Assembly: GCA_964270895.1 (NCBI GenBank)
Contig: OZ185442.1
Length of the DNA stretch: 64,000 bases
Origin: Podarcis filfolensis
Taxonomy: Eukaryota
Direction: 5' to 3' (one strand)
Shown: in pieces, positions 53,801 through 64,000 of the stretch
How positions within the stretch are numbered: the stretch's first letter is position 1
Layout: each line of letters begins with the position of its first letter
Translations under genes and position numbers: made by a program
The notes under the pieces: generated by a model
The model's input: the letters and a program-made list of their open reading frames with translations, nothing else
Databases searched by the model: none
What the model was told of the DNA's origin: nothing

Positions 53801-55194
53801 TGGGGTTGTCACTAGGCACCATGGATGAACTCTGATCTGAACCTGCTGGCTGAAAACATCTGCAAAAATCCAGAGTGATGCTCCACACAGAAAGCAAGGG
53901 AACTTTTTTTTAACCACTATAAGGCAAAATACTTCCGTATTTATTTCAGAGAAGAAATCAAAGTGCTGTTTCCAATCATATCATCACCAATAATACCCAA
54001 ACCACCACCAACTCAAGAAGCTGAAGCATTCAGGCTTCTTACAAAAAATATATATCATTTATTTGTTTACATATTTACCGCACCCAAATGAACAATGCTA
54101 CTTCTAAAGGTAATCCCAAGATGTGATGTTACCAGACTGAAATGACAGTACAATACAATACACAAAACATAATGACGTTCATGTCTTTTCTATGCTATGC
54201 TTTTTTAAATAAGACAAACCTGAGTAATGTGCATTAAAGAGCCATCCTTCCTAGTATTGGCAAGATAATAAATATTAAAACAAAAGAAACTGCAGGCTTC
54301 ATGTGCTTTTAAAATTAAACTCACATTAGTACTCTAAGGACAGATGGCCAACGTGCATTATAAACTGCAGAACTGCAACCTATTCTGGCCCAAAGCCAAA
54401 AGCTTAATGGACGTTCCAAGGCACCAAGTAAGGAAATAGTTCTGTATTAATGTCTACAAATAAGTCAACAATCAATGCTTCAATATTACCGTAAATATGT
54501 GATACACCCTTTGAAACTCACTATCCAGTAAAAGCCTAACCTCAGCTGTAAGCACAACAGCTGAAATCTTAAGGTAGGAATGAAACCCAATTTGTTATCA
54601 CAGCTATCAAAACAGATTTACCTTCCTGGCCCATGCAGTATTTTAGTACTGCAGAGTAATTTTTTATCCTATATCCTGTGGTCACCCTAGGGTATAAAAT
54701 TTTATAAAATGCAGCACTTTAAACTGTAAATAAAAAAGGCAGATCAGCAGATAGACAAAAAAAGAGACAAACTGCTTAGGTATTTAGTTCAACCTTTACT
54801 ATTCTGCTGCCCTCCAAATGCACTACAACTCTCATCAGCCCCTGTCAACTATTAGTGAAGGCTGATTGAGGTTCAAACACAGCACTGAGAGCATTTGATA
54901 CTTTCATCAGCCCTACAACCTCCTCCAATTAAGATAGTATGGAAATCAGGAGATAAAACATGGAGCTGTGAGTTGTAGCCAGCTACATTCTACTCAGAGT
55001 AGATCCACTGAAATTAGGAGGCCTAACTTAACCATGTATAGTAATTTCAACAGGTCTACTCTTAGTAAAACCTCTCTTTTTTCCAGGGGAGCAGTACAAA
55101 AACATTTTGCCACCCCAGCTGTTATGGTGTCTGGCAAACTGCAAGCCCAGATGGGGTGCTGCTTGCACAAGACATGTGGTTGTGTTGCAACATC

Positions 55195-56105
55195 ATGTCT
55201 CACACCCAAAGAGTGTTCACTAACAGTTCCTCTTTATCTTGGGGGAAAGTGATAAGGGGGGTGCCACAGGGTTCTGTCCTGGGCCTGTTGTTGTTCAGCA
55301 TCTTTATAAACCACTTGGATAAAGGTATTGAGGGGATGCACATCAAATTTTCAGGTGACATGAAACTGGGAGGGGTAGCTAATGCTGCATAATACAGAAT
55401 TGGGATTCACTATGACCTTAACATTCGGGACGCGGGTGGCGCTGTGGGTTAAAGCCTCAGCACCTAGGACTTGCCGATCGAAAGGTCGGCGGTTCGAATC
55501 CCCGCGGCGGGGTGCACTCCCGTCGTTCGGTCCCAGCGCCCGCCAACCTAGCAGTTCGAAAGCACCTTCGGGTGCAAGTAGATAAATAGGGACCGCTTAC
55601 CAGCGGGAAGGTAAACGGCGTTCCGTGTGCTGCGCTGGCTCGCCAGATGCAGCTTGTCACGCTGGCCACATGACCCGGAAGTGTCTGCGGACAGCGCTGG
55701 CTCCCGGCCTATAGAGTGAGATGAGCGCACAACCCTAGAGTCTGGCAAGACTGGCCCGTACAGGCAGGGGTACCTTTACCTTTACCTTTATGACCTTAAC
55801 AGATTGGAGAACTGAGCCCAAACTAACAAAATGAATTTTAATAGGGACAAATGTAACGTTCTGCACTTAGGTAGGAAGAACCAGCTGCACAAATATAATG
55901 GGGACATATAGCTTGCCAGTAGTACAAGTAGAAATGATTTAGGGGTCTTAGTAGACCCTCAAGCTCAACATGAGTCAATAGTGAGATGAAGCAGCAAAAA
56001 AGTGAATGCTACTCTAGGTTACATCAACAGAAGTCTAGTGTCCAGATCAAGGGAAGTAAAGTAGGGCAACGGGGAGTAATTACTCATTTATGTGTACAAT
56101 GGGCA
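55195..56105 (+). mobile_element. CR1 LINE RT fragment interrupted by a Sauria SINE
   Basis: GVPQGSVLGLLLFSIFINHLDKG..IKFSGDMKLGG before the SINE; DLNRLEN*AQTNKMNFNRDKCNVLHLGRKN after it. Confidence 0.9.
55427..55790 (+). mobile_element. full-length young Sauria SINE
   Basis: GGGACGCGGGTGGCGCTGTGG (A box), GGTTCGAATCCC (B box), CpG-rich body, (ACCTTT)n tail; 13-bp TSD TATGACCTTAACA at 55411-55423 and 55789-55801. Confidence 0.95.
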
Positions 56106-56236
56106 CAGTGGCATAGTTTGGAGCTTAGCCAAAAGGAGGAGACTGGATGCTCTTGCTTCTGTTACAAACTAACCATCGTTTCATGTTATATCCAAACTTG
56201 GCCACAGTGTATTTAGCTTTATCTACATTTTACAAA

Positions 56237-56616
56237 GGACGTGGGTGGTGCAGTAGTAGAAACTACTGAGCCTCTTGGGCTTGCTGATCAGTAGGTTGGT
56301 GGTTCAGATCCCCGTGACGGGGTGAGCTCCCGTTGCTCTGTCCCAGCTCCTGCCAACATAGCAGTTCGAAAGCATGCCAAAATATGCAAGTAGATAAATA
56401 GGTACCGCTTTGGCGGGAAGGTAAACAGTGTTTCCGTGCGCTGCTCTGGTTTTGGTGTTCTGTTGCGCCAGAAGCGGCTTAGTCGTGCTGGCCACATGAC
56501 CCAGAAAAACTGTCTGCGGACAAATGTCGGCTCCCTCGGCCTGTAAAGCGAGATAAGCGCCACAACCCCAGAGTCATCTGCGACTGGACTTAACTGTCAG
56601 GGGCATGTACCTTTAA
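56237..56616 (+). mobile_element. Sauria SINE (older, different subfamily)
   Basis: Colinear with 55427-55790 (GCAGTTCGAAAGCA, GTAGATAAATAGG, GCGGGAAGGTAAAC, GCTGGCCACATGACCC) but CpG-decayed, with a longer central insert. Confidence 0.92.
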
Positions 56617-57038
56617 AAAAAAATTTTTTTTTACAAAAACATGCCAACTTCATAAACCATATTCTATCCTAGTCAAAATGAATACAGCCATGCAACATTT
56701 CGTAAAAGGAATTAGGAAAAGAGATGTCTCATCTGTTTCTGAAATGATATAGCATTTGCTCTGACAGAGCATTCTTTAACCCAGTGAGGTCTAGTAAGTA
56801 GTAATCTCATGATTATTTTACAGCATATGATGGACTCTAAAGAGCTGTTGCTGCAGAATGTTGAACATCTTCAGCTTAGAACTTATAAATTAGAGACATA
56901 AGCAACCGGCACTCATGTAGTATTCCTTCTGGCGCTGATACTCTGGAGCAGACTCTTCAGTCAGCATTGAAGGCATGAGGTTTCAGCCCTTAAGATTTAT
57001 CCATTTGTTTCTGGTGACGTAGAGCAGAAAACAAGCAT

Positions 57039-57066
57039 GCAAGCAAGCAAGCAAGCAAGCAAGCAA
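57039..57066. repeat. (GCAA)7 microsatellite
   Basis: Perfect tetranucleotide run. Confidence 0.93.
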
Positions 57067-60047
57067 ACAAACTACTGTCCAGCACATTCTGATTGCCACC
57101 AAATGGAAAGCTCTTATTCTTTGCAGAGGTTTCAGCACAACGAAACCCAGTACATCTCTCCAACAGCTTTCGGAAACAACAGGCTGCGTTCTGCACCAAG
57201 AATACCAAATGAAATATTCACGAAGTGCATTAGCGCACTAGAGCCTACATTTCGGACAGGCATGGAATCCAGGCACAATCCAGCACTTCAGAGACCACTA
57301 AAGACTGGCTGCATTTCAACAGTATTGGGGTGGGCAGAGTCTTCACGGAGAAGGAACACTTTCACTCTTGCTCAGCTCATCCCCGTTGCTCAGCCAATAA
57401 GGATTGCAGATATATGAGGCAACGAGAGACAGCATGGGACACACCTGCCATCTGCCCACTTTCTTCTGATTTTATTAGACCACTGGTAACTCTAATGCAG
57501 GGCTGTGGAGTCTTTTTCAGCTCAAGGGCAGCATTACCTTCTGGGTACTCTTCTTAAGTGGGGCACATGCCCGTTGCGGGTGGGGCCAGAGACAAAAGTA
57601 GCACAGCAACAAATGCAAAACAAATGCACATGCTATCTTTACACAATAGGTAGTTTTACACACACACCTGCAGTTTCTTTTGTTTTAATATTTCTTTACT
57701 GTAAATACAGCAGCACTCTTTGATGCCCCAACTCAATCAACTGGCATTTCTGCTAACCCTGGGACCAAATAAGAGTGGCATTTAAATAATGGCTAATGTA
57801 TTAATACACACACCAGTTTGGACCATAACCGAACAAATCTGCCTTTGAATGAATCTGTCTGAACATTCAAGAGGTGAAAATTTAATTTATCCCTTGAATG
57901 ATTCAGTAAGTCAATAAGCAAACTAAGCAAACAATGTTGCTGTGTTTTAAGCAAAAGAGCAATATTCGGGTGGACCACATTTTTTAGGATGCACTGTCAA
58001 TTCTTGCAAGGGAGAATTGTTGCTGAAAGTCCAAACCTCAGCCCCTATATTTCCAGACCACCACCTTCCCCACATAGAGCAAAGACTAAACCAAGAGTAT
58101 GTCCTGCTGCGTGCATTGGACTGATGATCATTTGAAATAGCCCAATGGTTGCCATGAAGTCCATGAACTCCTGAGCTAGATCTGAGGCATCCCCACTGTG
58201 GATGCTGAAGTCACCCTAAAACACAGTTCTTGTTTCCTTTAACATCACACCCAATTCAACCTTGGCCAGCACAGTCAGGGAGGCTGATTAGCAGTAGGGT
58301 GGGCGGTAACAACTACAGAATCCCTAGCCAGTCTCTTTGGCCCAACACCAGATGCAAGCTTGAATACATGGGAACCAGAGTGGAGTCAAAGTTAGCCCAC
58401 CCACCTCCCACACCCAGGTCTCAGTAATGCACTAAGCCAACCTCCTCATCCACAACAGAATCGTGGATCAGCACGGTTCTGTTATGGACTGACCTGGCAT
58501 TCAGAAGTAGAACCACTAGACTGTTGGGGACAGTGGCAAAGCATCCATTGTTACCAGCAAGAGGATATCAGGCACAAGCACCTATCACAAGGTGAAGGGC
58601 TGCGAACCTGGCTTCAGAAAGGCAGCATGAGGGCTCTGGCAATGCCCCTGTCACATTCTCAAAGCCTAAGTACTTGCTAAGCTTTGGGAAGGAGGCACAA
58701 GGGTTCCAGAGTCCTTGTGCTTCCTTCCCAATGTCGGCTAATCTCACAATCACATTTTTTGCACAGGTCTGGGAAGGGAGGAGGAACAAATAAATGGAGA
58801 GTTGGTTCCTTCCTTCCTTCCTGTGAAAAGCTGTGACTGCATAAGTAAAGTAAGTTACCTATACTCGATATGATTTTTTAAAAAGGTACTTTTTGAACAG
58901 CTAAAAAGTAGAATGGATTCCTTGCAGATTTAACCACAGGGAAATAACCCAAAGCGTACAGCTCAGTATAACAGATTTTGCATAATGCCATTAAGCCTGT
59001 CATCTTACTGGCAATTCTGAAGCCAAAGATTTAAAAGCTGAAGAGATTGCGGATTCACCGTAACACTAAAGGAGCCCCAGTAAACATCACTGTGCCTATT
59101 ATTGCAAATGCATTTCACATTTATGGGATGTGTCATCCTTAATTCCAGGCAGATTAAGTGGGAATTGCACTGAGCACAGACTAATACCTGAAATGTAGAA
59201 GTGATGTCAATACAAAATCAAATGAAATATTGCATGAGAGAAAACAGCTGCTTGAGAACAGGACCTCTTTGTTCTGCACTTTGGGCTGCTTTTCCCACAC
59301 TAGTTCTGAGGTATGCATCTTAGATGTTTTAAAAGTACAGTTAAAGCATAATGTGCGAAGGCAATAGGCATGAGTTTGCACACACACACCCCTTAGGCTA
59401 TGTTAGAATATAATGTTATAACTAGGGTTTAGTGTGATGAGGTGGAGCCATAGCCAGTCTTGGACTTATGCATTCCCTCTTCTTCCTCTGGCACAACCAC
59501 ATGCTTCTGCTTTCATTTTCAATTAACTGCTGTCATATGACCCCCCCAAACTGTGGTTAATTTTCACTAGGATTTGCTGAAATAAGAAAATCTCATTAAG
59601 CACGGTTTGAAGTTAATGTGTTTCAACAAACCATAGCTAAGTTTAACCATAGTCTATCCAGTTTGAACCATCACAACCACCTGTGGTTAACCGAAAATGA
59701 AAATTAAAGCTTCTAACCTCCTGTATCCACAACCAGAGGAAGACAGAGGAGGATGTAAGCCCAAGATCACTGTGACTTACATTCACTGGGAGGTAGGACC
59801 AGCTGCAGCTTTCTCCCAAGTCTTCAACTGGTGGAAAGAGTCAATCACTCTTTATCATGTGAAAAGGCAATTAGGCTTCTTCCTCACCTTATGATGACAT
59901 CCCTTTCAACAAACCCAACATCCAACCATTTTCTGTCATGGTGGAAGAATAAATTTAGGTGTATGGAATTTCTCTGAAGGCCTGGTCCTAATTTAATTAC
60001 AACATCTGATTGCAAGTGGTCCTCTAGCTACTGCTCAGATTTAAGAT

Positions 60048-60661
60048 TGTTGGGGTACGTCAGCGATTTAAACAAGACCAGAAAACAACAAAAATAGATC
60101 AAAAGAATAGAATTTTATTTGTAAGGAAATTTATTCCCTAACAAAGGGTAAAGGTTAAGCAGTTACAGATCAACACTAAGCAAGCTGATGTGCCTTCCTG
60201 ATTGATGGGACCCCACTCCAATCATGGAATGAAAATCCTATTTTGATCAAAACCTACTAAATTCTTGGTCAGCTCCTTCTCCATGATCTACACAAATCAT
60301 GACATAACCTTCGGTATCTGATTGGTCAGGGCCTTCAAATGGATTTAGTATTCTCATTTTAGTAATAAGGGCTCAGGTTCAGGTTGTTTGTTGCTGAAGC
60401 AACACCAGAACTTTGTGTTCCTCTAGCACAGCCTGAATCCTGCCTTTCCTCAGAGCAGTGCAACAGGAAGGAAGCCATGTGTTCTCCCTTAAAGACTCTT
60501 CTGTTTTTTTAACCATATTGGGAGGGTCCAAAGGAACCCCAGTGGTTCGCTGGATGCTGCACCCCATGAGCTCAAGAGTAACCTATGAAGGCATGCCTAC
60601 CTTTAGTGCTACACTGTCTGCCTTCAAAATGGATATGAAAATGAAGTCCCTCCAAAATACA
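60048..60661 (-). mobile_element. probable solo LTR (~614 bp)
   Basis: Minus strand TGTATT...GTACCCCAACA termini; 5-bp TSD AAGAT at 60043-60047 and 60662-60666; CCAAT (60321-60325) upstream of two AATAAA (60130-60135, 60114-60119). Confidence 0.55.
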
Positions 60662-60665
60662 AAGA

Positions 60666-62784
60666 TCTGGATAGAATAGACTTTATTTGCATAGCCAACA
60701 GGCCATTGCATCGAAGGACAGACAAAAACAAAAATACATTACGGAAATAGTTATCATAAAATAATCTCAGTACTTAAAACTTGGCAGAGGTAATGATAAT
60801 AATAATAAGATCCTAGGCGAGGAATCCAGGTGACGACACTGATGTCATTCAGACAGCAGCTCTCAGTCTCATTGCTCTCTCGACAAACCTGGCAACCTTC
60901 TCTGTTGTCGAGCTGCTCTGGTCGGCTAGGAGTGAGAACAACTTGGCTTCACAAGAGCGGCCCGGGATGGCAGATAGTAGCGGCGTGATGGTCTCGTCCC
61001 TGAGATCTTTATACAGGGAGCAGGACAAGAGAACGTGTGACACAGTCTCCACGTAGCCAGCTCCACAGGGGCAGAGCCGGTTCTCGAATGAAATTTTTTG
61101 ATATCTACCTTCAAGAACAGCTGATGGTAACATATTTAGTCTGGCCAGTGTAAAGGCCCGTCTAAGTTTTGGAATGGTTAAGGTAGACAAATAAGGTGCC
61201 TGAAAATCAAAGTGGGAGGGGGGCAGATAAGCGTACCAAGCACTAAATTTCTTAATATAGGCCAAATTATTCTGTTGCTCAATATCCTTCATGCGCTGGT
61301 CAATAACGGTTTTTGCCTTGGGTAGACCCATTTTCAGGAGATGCTGTGCTTGGAGGCCACATGTAAGTAGTTTTTGATGCACTACTTTGGACCACCGACT
61401 TCTATGAGCTTCTCGTGCTACTAGAGGTAGTAGTCCAGATGGGTTTAAGTTTAAGCGAAGCCAATAGTTGAATGTTCTTAGCCAGGTCCGGGTTTCGACG
61501 GAGAGGAGGCCAGTCTCCAGCCGTAGGGCCGCATTTGGTACGCATGGTGGAACGGCTAGAATCTGTCTTAAAAATTTAGACTGGACCGTTTCAAGTGTGC
61601 GGCAATGATTTCCCGTCCAGATTTGGGCCCCGTAGAGTAATTGCGCCAAGGGTTTTGCTTGAAAGACCTCCAGAGCTGCTGGGATATGTCTGCCCCCCTT
61701 TGTAAAGTAAAAGCGAGACAGTATTTTGGCGCTTTGAGATGCTTTTTCCCTAGTATATTTATGATGGGCCTCCCAGGCCCCTGTTGACTGGAAGACTACT
61801 CCGAGGTATTTGAAAATTTTGACCTGTTCTATTGGCTGATTGTCCATCTCCCATCTGTGATATCTGTGTCTCCTAGCGAAGACCATGACTTTGGTTCTTT
61901 GGTGATTAACCACCAGTTGATCTCTCCTGCAGTAGGCTGAGAATTCTCTTTGTAGCCTTTTGAGGCCTACTTTAGTTCGTGATAAGAGAACCGCGTCGTC
62001 CACATAGAGGAGCGCTGAAATTGATTTTTCGGCCAATTTGGGGGCATGAAACTCCGGGGATGTTAGGTATTTGACCATGTCATTTATATATAAGTTGAAT
62101 AGGGCCGGGGCTAAAATACAGCCCTGCTTGACTCCTTTGGTGGCTGGTACAGGGCCAATTAGTTGCCCATTTACTGAGGTTCTTACATATAACTTGGAGT
62201 CTTTATATAGGCTTTTTATCAAGAATAGTAATCTTTTGTCAATGTTGGTAGCATTGAGTTTAGCCCAAAGTTTGACTCGTGAGATCGAGTCAAAGGCCGC
62301 CTTCAGGTCAATAAATGCTGCGTATAGAATCCCACGTGTTTTATTGACGTATTTGTCAATGAGGTGTGCTAATACGAAGCAATGGTCTATTGTTGCTCTG
62401 CCCTGTCTGAAGCCGGCTTGCTCCTCTGCCAGAACTGCCTCAGTTTCCATCCAGTCAATTAGTTTGATGTGGAGGTGTTTGGCATACAGATTGCTGGGGA
62501 TAGTAAGGAGGCTAATGGGTCTATAGCTCGCTGGATCTGCCATAGGGCCCTTTTTATAGATTGGAATAATTACTGCCTCTGTCCAGCAACCAGGTATTAT
62601 GCCTGTTGAATCGATGTATGTAAATATTGACACCATTATAGGAGCCCACCAACTGATATTGTTCTTCATGAGCTCTGCTGGAATGTGGTCTATGCCCGGG
62701 GCTTTGTTGTTTTTCAGTTGGGCAATTAGTTTCCCCACCTCCTCTATGGAGACAGGAGGCCAATATGGTAAATTCTCGGGGTAG
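60666..62784 (-). mobile_element. young 5'-truncated non-LTR retrotransposon (RT plus C-terminal Cys/His motif; clade uncertain, RTEX/Daphne-like guess)
   Basis: Stop-free frame 62804->60849; AATAAA at 60682-60687 then a (CTATT)-like tail; candidate 11-bp TSD AAATACAAAGA at 60655-60665 and 62785-62795; no APE domain. Confidence 0.9.
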
Positions 62785-62804
62785 AAATACAAAGACTCAT
62801 CCAC
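60849..62804 (-). CDS. LINE ORF2 remnant: reverse transcriptase domain (651-codon open frame starting at GTG, N-terminally truncated)
   Basis: KAPGIDHIPAE, WTEAVIIPIYKKG, YRPISLL, QAGFRQGR, FIDLKAAFDSI, GVKQGCILAPALFNLYIND, LLYVDD, FKYLG, CPCG..ETVSHVLLSC. Confidence 0.92.
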   Translation of the reverse strand: MDESLYFYPENLPYWPPVSIEEVGKLIAQLKNNKAPGIDHIPAELMKNNISWWAPIMVSIFTYIDSTGIIPGCWTEAVIIPIYKKGPMADPASYRPISLLTIPSNLYAKHLHIKLIDWMETEAVLAEEQAGFRQGRATIDHCFVLAHLIDKYVNKTRGILYAAFIDLKAAFDSISRVKLWAKLNATNIDKRLLFLIKSLYKDSKLYVRTSVNGQLIGPVPATKGVKQGCILAPALFNLYINDMVKYLTSPEFHAPKLAEKSISALLYVDDAVLLSRTKVGLKRLQREFSAYCRRDQLVVNHQRTKVMVFARRHRYHRWEMDNQPIEQVKIFKYLGVVFQSTGAWEAHHKYTREKASQSAKILSRFYFTKGGRHIPAALEVFQAKPLAQLLYGAQIWTGNHCRTLETVQSKFLRQILAVPPCVPNAALRLETGLLSVETRTWLRTFNYWLRLNLNPSGLLPLVAREAHRSRWSKVVHQKLLTCGLQAQHLLKMGLPKAKTVIDQRMKDIEQQNNLAYIKKFSAWYAYLPPSHFDFQAPYLSTLTIPKLRRAFTLARLNMLPSAVLEGRYQKISFENRLCPCGAGYVETVSHVLLSCSLYKDLRDETITPLLSAIPGRSCEAKLFSLLADQSSSTTEKVARFVERAMRLRAAV

Positions 62805-63454
62805 CCAAGAAAAAACTCACCCCACTCTCAAGTGACAGGAATCTACTACAAGATTCCTCATCAATTACTCTAATGGGAGCCATTTCCGAAACTACCCTCT
62901 TTTTGTATCAGCCATCTAAGTTTATTACTGCTAAATAATTCACATAATTAACCAAGATGCAATTTGGCATGCCTCTCCCCAATCAACAGTAAAAAAAATA
63001 TGTTTTAAGAAACAAGTTCAGATCAGCAAGACACTCAATTGATTAACAGAAGAGGGCAGGGAGGCTGATGGGCTAAGTCCTTGGGCCAAATAATACTACT
63101 GAGCCATTCAAAGCACAAATTTTATAGACATCCATTCCGGCTAAAGCCTTGATTGAAAGGAAAACAGAAGTTTACAAGGATGTAGTAGCTGAAGTTCTGT
63201 CTGCCTTTATTTGAAAGTCTGGAATCCTAATGAATCTGCCAGTGCCACCCACTACAACACAATGGGGTGGTGTGGTGGGGAGATGAAGAGGCAGCTGATT
63301 CAGTAAAGAAAGGAATAATGTTGAAAAGAGGACAGATTGTACTTACACTTCAAATTCAGTACAAGAAAACCCAAATTCTGTACTGAAAATAGATTGTGCA
63401 TCAGTATTATCTACAATCACTTGAAGCTGCTCACCAGAGATTCAGATAAGAGTC

Positions 63455-63547
63455 TCCCCACTCCCCAGCCTTACCTGGGGAATCTGGGGGTTGAACCTGA
63501 GACCTTATGCGCACAAAGCATGAGCTCTACCATTGAGCTACAGCTCT
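63455..63547 (-). mobile_element. tRNA(Ala)-derived SINE head
   Basis: Minus strand AGAGCTGTAGCTCAATGGTAGAGCTCATGCTTTG..GGTCTCAGGTTCAACCCCCAG..CCAGGTAAGGCTGGG. Confidence 0.75.
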
Positions 63548-64000
63548 TTCCCTAAAGAGAGAAGAGATGCAACAAGGGAGGCAAACACATAATTCTGCCT
63601 TCTGGAATTGGTGGCTTGAATGCAGCACATAGTTCATGCTGACTATGCTGACTCCCCTTCTGGGAGGTTTAAGCAACCTATGTGCAGAATCATTTTTCCA
63701 ACCTGACTGCCTCATACTAAAACTTTTGATCCTAATATTTAAAGCATGAATATTTGAAACATGTAGATATTGAAGGTAGAATTTGTCATCACTGAAGGAG
63801 GGGAGGTAAGAAAAGAACTCTGGGAAATTCACAATTAACTTCACAGAACATATCCCCATTGATAGGAAAATGTGGGGAAACTATCCTAGTACTTAAAAGT
63901 GTTGCAATCAGTACAGCTCAAACACTTGCTTCCCCCAAAAGCTGGCAGTAACCCATTACTGTTCACTGCTGACTCTGATACTGTTCACACTTCATTACAC

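Larger units (their letters stand above)
33042..64000 (-). other. NUP93 large intron 3 (>31 kb, runs off window)
   Basis: No exon-3 peptide (..SAATTFEPLEPVKDTDIQ) found by eye in 33042-64000; the orthologous human intron is also very large (recall). Confidence 0.75.

Noticed and set aside
58115-58165. Second CTGATGA...GAAA hammerhead-like core
   Set aside because: No stem II closing pair and no U16.1 at the cleavage triplet.
33042-64000. NUP93 exons 1-3 or a nested gene (e.g. metallothionein, which neighbours NUP93 in mammals)
   Set aside because: No matching peptide or Cys-rich exon found by manual scan; they probably lie beyond the window end.

Overview
Eukaryotic (vertebrate) genomic DNA, most likely from a lacertid-type lizard (inferred from Sauria SINEs). 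The window holds most of the nucleoporin gene NUP93 on the minus strand: 19 coding exons (human exons 4-22, 33041->6084), all with GT-AG boundaries and human-identical lengths, encoding 720 aa plus stop, with a poly(A) signal at 5977-5982. From 33042 to the window end is one very large intron; I could not find exons 1-3. About 5.9 kb downstream of the poly(A) signal, on the same strand, is the miR-138-2 hairpin (15-98), the synteny known from mammals. The rest is intronic or intergenic DNA rich in reptile transposons: a young 5'-truncated LINE with an uninterrupted RT ORF (~60670-62790), a probable solo LTR, Sauria and tRNA-Ala-derived SINEs, CR1 and L2 fragments, hAT and Tc1/mariner MITEs, and microsatellites. 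I see no evidence of a new multi-gene system. The best leads are a near-perfect 46-bp intronic hairpin, the young sense-oriented LINE and LTR with poly(A) signals inside NUP93, and possible read-through coupling of NUP93 to miR-138-2. Family names and human comparisons are from memory, not database searches.
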